Shown here piece after piece: positions 59,766 to 64,000 of a DNA stretch of 64,000 nt (within the stretch, counting starts at the first letter, position 1; each line of letters starts with the position of its first letter). The translations under genes were made by a program, and so were the position numbers. Source of the DNA: an uncultured delta proteobacterium (GTDB lineage: Bacteria; Myxococcota_A; UBA9160; UBA4427); NCBI GenBank assembly GCA_963822965.1, contig CAWGJT010000005.1, positions 1,792,001 through 1,856,000 on the forward strand, in the 5' to 3' direction. Under the pieces are notes generated by a model, which was not told the DNA's origin, searched no databases, and worked only from the letters and a program-made list of their open reading frames with translations.

Positions 59766-60945
59766 CTAGCCCTTCCTGGTGCCGAGCATGGTCTCGGCGA
59801 TGATGCTTGTGTGCAGCTCGCTCGTGCCCTCACCGAACTCGAGGCTCTTCGCCTCCATCAGCAGGCGCCCGATCTCGTACTCGGCGGTGCACGAGTAGCC
59901 GCCGAAGATCTGCATGCCGTCGAGGGCGTTCTGCACGGCGGCCTGGCTCGCCAGCAGCTTCGCCATGGACGACTCCATCGAGCAGCGCGCGACGCCCGCG
60001 TCCTTCATGCGGCCGAGCTGGTAGACCATGAGCCGCGCCTGCTGGGTGCGGCACGTCATGTCGGCGATCTTCTGCTGGATCAGCTGGAACGTAGCCGATC
60101 GGGCTGCCGAAGGCCTCGCGCTCCAGCGCATAGGGCACGGCGAGATCGACGCAGCGCTGGGCCTGGCCCACGCAGCGGGCCGCCACCGAGAAGCGCCCCG
60201 TGTCGAGCGCCGAGCCCAGGATCGGGAAGCCCTTGCCGGGCGCGCCGAGCACGCACTCGTCGGGCACGAAGGCGTCGTCGAAGTGGACCTCGGCGAGGTT
60301 GTCCCGCTTGAGGGTTCGCATGGGGAAGTCGCCCAGGGTGATCCCCGACGTGGCGTGCGGATCGACGAGGAAGGCCGTCACCCCCTTGTGCTTCTTCGCG
60401 AGGTCGACGCTCGCCACCACGAAGAAGAGGCCGGCGTGGGCGGCGTGGGAGATGAAGACCTTGGTGCCGTTCAGCCGGTAGCCGCCCTCCACCGGGGTGG
60501 CGGTGGTGCGCATGTTGCCGAGGTCGGTGCCGCCTCCGGGCTCGGTGAGACACGCGGAGCAGATGACCTCGCCCGCCGCCATGCCGGGCAGCCAGCGCCG
60601 CTTCTGCTCCTCGTTGCCGAAGCGCAGGATGGAGCCGGCCACCAGCGAGTTGCAGACCGAGACCACCGAGGCGGTCACCCAGTCCACCCGCGCCAGCTCC
60701 TCGCAGATGATCCCGTAGGTGAGGACGTCCGAGTACGAGCCGCCGTACTCCTCGGGGATCATGGGCCCCATCAGGCCCAGGGGCGGGAGCTTGGCGATCA
60801 GCTCGATGGGGTAGCGCTCCTCCCGCTCGTACTGCTCGACGTAGGGGAGGATCTCCTTCTCGGCGAACTCGCGGACCGAGGCGCGCACCTGGCGCTGCTC
60901 GTCGCTGAGATCGAAGTCGGCCATGCGATCGAGGGGGGTGGTCAT
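59766..60945 (-). CDS. Acyl-CoA dehydrogenase; frameshift near 60090
   Basis: LTEPGGGTD, LNGTKVFIS and REAFG, then FQLIQQKIADM, QIFGG and EGTSE. Confidence 0.92.
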
Positions 60946-61150
60946 GGGGTCTCCGCAGCGAGTGCCGGGCAAGAGTAGCCCCCGGAGGCGCCCCGGCACG
61001 GCTGAAGGCGGCTCCCACCGGGGGATGACCGGCGGGGCCGAGCGGGCTAGCCTCCCGCCTCCGCAGGGGCCGGCCCGGCCCCGGACCTCCCCGAACCGGC
61101 TCATCCGCCGGCTCCATCGAGAACGAGCCGAGAAGAGCGAGGCGACCGCC

Positions 61151-61285
61151 GTGAGCGCGACCAAGAAGAACAGCATGTCCCACCGCAACCGCAACAAGTC
61201 GGCGAAGCGCCGCGCCCAGCTGAAGGCGAAGCACAAGCGCGTGCGGCTGCGCAAGAGCAAGGGCGAGCGCTCCACCTATCGCTGA
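61151..61285 (+). CDS. Small, very basic protein (44 aa)
   Basis: GTG start after GAGG; GC3-rich codons; K/R-rich. Confidence 0.6.
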   Translation: MSATKKNSMSHRNRNKSAKRRAQLKAKHKRVRLRKSKGERSTYR

Positions 61286-61362
61286 GCGCCGGTCGCCGAG
61301 ACCGGTCGCCCGTCAGCGCGACCGCTCTTCGGCACCGGCCAGGACGACACCGCCTCGCCGAT

Positions 61363-62287
61363 CTAGGACGAAACCGCCTCGCCGAGCTCGGAGACCGCGC
61401 GGTCGATGGCCGCGTCCACGGCTCGCTCCCACGTCGTGGCGTCGTCGGTGTCGCCGGCGTCGGGGAAGAGCAGCCCGCGCGACGAGCTGACGACGCCCCC
61501 TTCGAGACCGCCCGGCCCCGGCACGAAGCCCGCCACCGCCTGGCGGGCGTCCGCACCCTGAGCGCCGTAGCCCGGCACCAGGAACACGGCGCGCGGCAGC
61601 GCCTCGCGCACCGCGCGCGCCTCCTCGGGCCAGGTCGCCCCCACCACCGCACCGAGCGAAGACCACCCCGTGCCCGGGCCGCGCAGCTCCTCCGCCCGCG
61701 GCGCCAGCGCCACGGGCCAGGGCGTGGAAGAGCGGTGCGCCCTTCACCTCGAGGTCCTGCAGATCGCCCGCACCCGGGTTGCTGGTGCGGACCAGCACGA
61801 AGACCCCGCGGCCGAAGGCGCGCGCCCGCTCGAAGTACGGCTCCAGGGTGTCGAGGCCGAGGTAGGCGTTCACGGTGAGCGCTTCGGCGGCCAGCGGCGC
61901 GTCGGGCTCGAGGTAGGCGCGCGCGTAGGCATCGGCGGTGGATCCGATGTCGCCGCGCTTGGCGTCGAGCAGCACCAGCAGGCCGCGCTCGCGGGCGCGC
62001 GTGATGACGTCGGCGAGAACCGCCACGCCGGCGGGCCCCATCTGCTCGTAGAAGGCGCTCTGGGGCTTCACGACCGCCGTGCGACCTTCCAGACGATCGA
62101 CGAAGGCCAGCAGGAAGGCGCGCACCGCCTCGGCGGTGGCCGGATCCCCGGGCGCCATCCCGCCCTTGCGAAAGAGCGAGGGGATGCGGTCCAGGTGGGG
62201 ATCGAGACCGACGCAGAGGGGGTGTCCCAGATCCCGGACGCGTGAGATCAGGGCGTCCGCGAAGTGGAAGGCTCGGGATTCGCTCAA
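61363..62287 (-). CDS. pyrF: Orotidine-5'-phosphate decarboxylase; frameshift near 61710
   Basis: CVGLDP, KPQSAFYE, DAKRGDIGST and RTSNP, then GAVVGAT, LVPGYGAQG and SSR. Confidence 0.93.
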
Positions 62288-62345
62288 GACGAGTCGCTCC
62301 TCGAGGGCCGCAGGGTAGCAGACCGGAGCCGCTACCCTCGCCGGA

Positions 62346-63569
62346 ATGTCCCAGGCGCACGGCGAACCCGAAGCCCCCGAAGCGCCCTTCCGCTTCACCC
62401 TCGAGGCCACCTCCGGCGCCGCGCGCGCCGGACGCTTCACCACGCCGCACGGCGCCTTCGAGACCCCGGCCTTCATGCCCGTCGGCACCCACGGCGCCGT
62501 CAAGGCGATGACCCCGGGCCAGGTGCGCGCGACCGGGGCGCAGATCGTGCTCTCGAATACCTATCACCTGTCCCTGCGTCCGGGCGAGGCGCTCGTCGCC
62601 AAGCTCGGCGGGCTGCACGGCTTCATGCGCTGGCCGGGTCCCATCCTGACCGACAGCGGCGGCTTCCAGGTCTTCTCGCTGCCGAACGTGGAGATCAGCG
62701 ACCGGGGCGCGCGCTTCGCCAACGAGATCACGGGCGACACCGTGGACCTCACCCCGGAACGGTCCATGGAGATCCAGAACGCCCTCGGCGCCGACATCAT
62801 GATGGCCTTCGACGAGTGCACGCCGTTTCCCGCCACGAGGGAGCAGGCCGAGACCGGGGTGCGCCGCACCCTGCAGTGGATGGAGCGCTGCATCGCCGCC
62901 CACGCGCGGCCCGGCGACCAGGCGCTCTTCCCCATCGTGCAGGGCGGCGTGCACCTCGACCTGCGCGGCCGCTGCGCGGAGGCGCTCGTCGCCCTCGACA
63001 TGCCGGGCTACGCGATCGGCGGCGTGTCGGTGGGCGAGGGTCACGAGCTGATGTGCCGGGTGACGTCGCACACCGCGCCGCTGCTGCCGGACCACAAGCC
63101 CCGCTACCTGATGGGCGTGGGCACCCCCGAAGACATCCTCGCCGCCGTCGGCTTCGGCATCGACATGTTCGACTGCGTGATCCCCACCCGCTACGCGCGC
63201 TCGGCCACGGTCTTCACGTCCCGCGGGCGCCTGCGGCTCACCAACCGACGCTACCGGCGGGACGCCTACCCGATCGACGTCTCCTGCGACTGCTCGGCCT
63301 GCGCGGGAGGCTTCTCGCGCGCCTACCTGCACCACCTCTTCGCGGCCAACGAGGTGCTTTCGGCGATCCTGTGCTCGATCCACAACGTGCACTTCTACCA
63401 GTCGCTCGTGCGCCAGGCGCGGGAGGCCGTCCGCCGGGACCGCTTTGCTTCGTTCCGAGAGGAGTTCCTCGCGAGCTACGGCGAGGCCGCCAGCTCGGAG
63501 AGAGGCGACGAAAAAGCCCGACCCGCGAAGAGAAGGTCTGGCGGCCGGCGCCCGAAACGGAAAGACTAG
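62346..63569 (+). CDS. tgt: tRNA-guanine transglycosylase
   Basis: FMPVGT, TDSGGFQ, IVQGG, YLMGVG, DMFDCV and CDC..C zinc site. Confidence 0.96.
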   Translation: MSQAHGEPEAPEAPFRFTLEATSGAARAGRFTTPHGAFETPAFMPVGTHGAVKAMTPGQVRATGAQIVLSNTYHLSLRPGEALVAKLGGLHGFMRWPGPILTDSGGFQVFSLPNVEISDRGARFANEITGDTVDLTPERSMEIQNALGADIMMAFDECTPFPATREQAETGVRRTLQWMERCIAAHARPGDQALFPIVQGGVHLDLRGRCAEALVALDMPGYAIGGVSVGEGHELMCRVTSHTAPLLPDHKPRYLMGVGTPEDILAAVGFGIDMFDCVIPTRYARSATVFTSRGRLRLTNRRYRRDAYPIDVSCDCSACAGGFSRAYLHHLFAANEVLSAILCSIHNVHFYQSLVRQAREAVRRDRFASFREEFLASYGEAASSERGDEKARPAKRRSGGRRPKRKD

Positions 63570-63575
63570 GCGGCC

Positions 63576-64000
63576 ATGGGCCGAGGCGAAGCGTTCCTGA
63601 CTCCCGAAGAGGTGCTGCGGCGCCACACGAGCGGTCCGAAGACGGGCGTCTTCACGGACGGCTCGTGTGACGGCAACCCCGGCCCGGGCGGCTGGGGCTT
63701 CGTGTGGGTCGAGGACGACGAGATCGTCGCCGAGCGCCACGGCGAGGATCCCCAGACCACCAACAACCGCATGGAGCTGCGCGCGCTGATCGAGGCCTAC
63801 CGGGTGCTTCCCCGGGACGCGAAGGTCACCGTCCACTCGGACAGCCAGCTCTGCGTCAAGACCATCAACGAATGGGCGGCGGGCTGGGAGAAGCGCGGCT
63901 GGAAGCGCAAGACCGGCCCCATCGCGAACCTCGAGCTCGTGCAGGAGCTGTACCGGCTGGCGAAGGAGCACCCCGGTGTGAAGCTCCAGTGGATCCGCGC
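63576..64000 (+). CDS. rnhA: Ribonuclease HI, runs off the right window edge
   Basis: Manual translation: FTDGSCDGNPGPGGWG, TTNNRMEL, SDSQL and W. Confidence 0.92.
   Translation, partial: MGRGEAFLTPEEVLRRHTSGPKTGVFTDGSCDGNPGPGGWGFVWVEDDEIVAERHGEDPQTTNNRMELRALIEAYRVLPRDAKVTVHSDSQLCVKTINEWAAGWEKRGWKRKTGPIANLELVQELYRLAKEHPGVKLQWIR

Noticed and set aside
1..64000. tRNA, rRNA, prophage or known defence-system genes
   Set aside because: None were recognised by eye; covariance and HMM searches would be needed to exclude them.

Overview
High-GC bacterial window, probably Myxococcota/deltaproteobacterial-like (inferred from gene content: sigma-54 regulator, PEP-CTERM protein, ExeAB). Most of it is housekeeping and metabolic genes: gshB, PBP1A, SDRs, amidohydrolases, a tandem ArsA/Get3 pair, ptrB, a RegBA-like pair, pyrE, pyrF, tgt and rnhA. 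Many genes carry single-base frameshifts that look like uncorrected long-read errors. The main accessory element is a visibly AT-richer island at about 45.0-50.9 kb. It is a minus-strand integron cassette array with an attI-like site, four clear attC sites and no intI in the window. One attC is split by an IS110-family (IS1111-type) element. The ~500-bp non-coding right end of that IS contains three repeated guide-loop modules. One matches both flanks of the attC it occupies, one matches its own ends, and one specifies a second attC-like target. This suggests a three-loop, dual-target bridge/seek RNA aimed at integron attC sites. All calls come from reading motifs by eye; no database searches were run.
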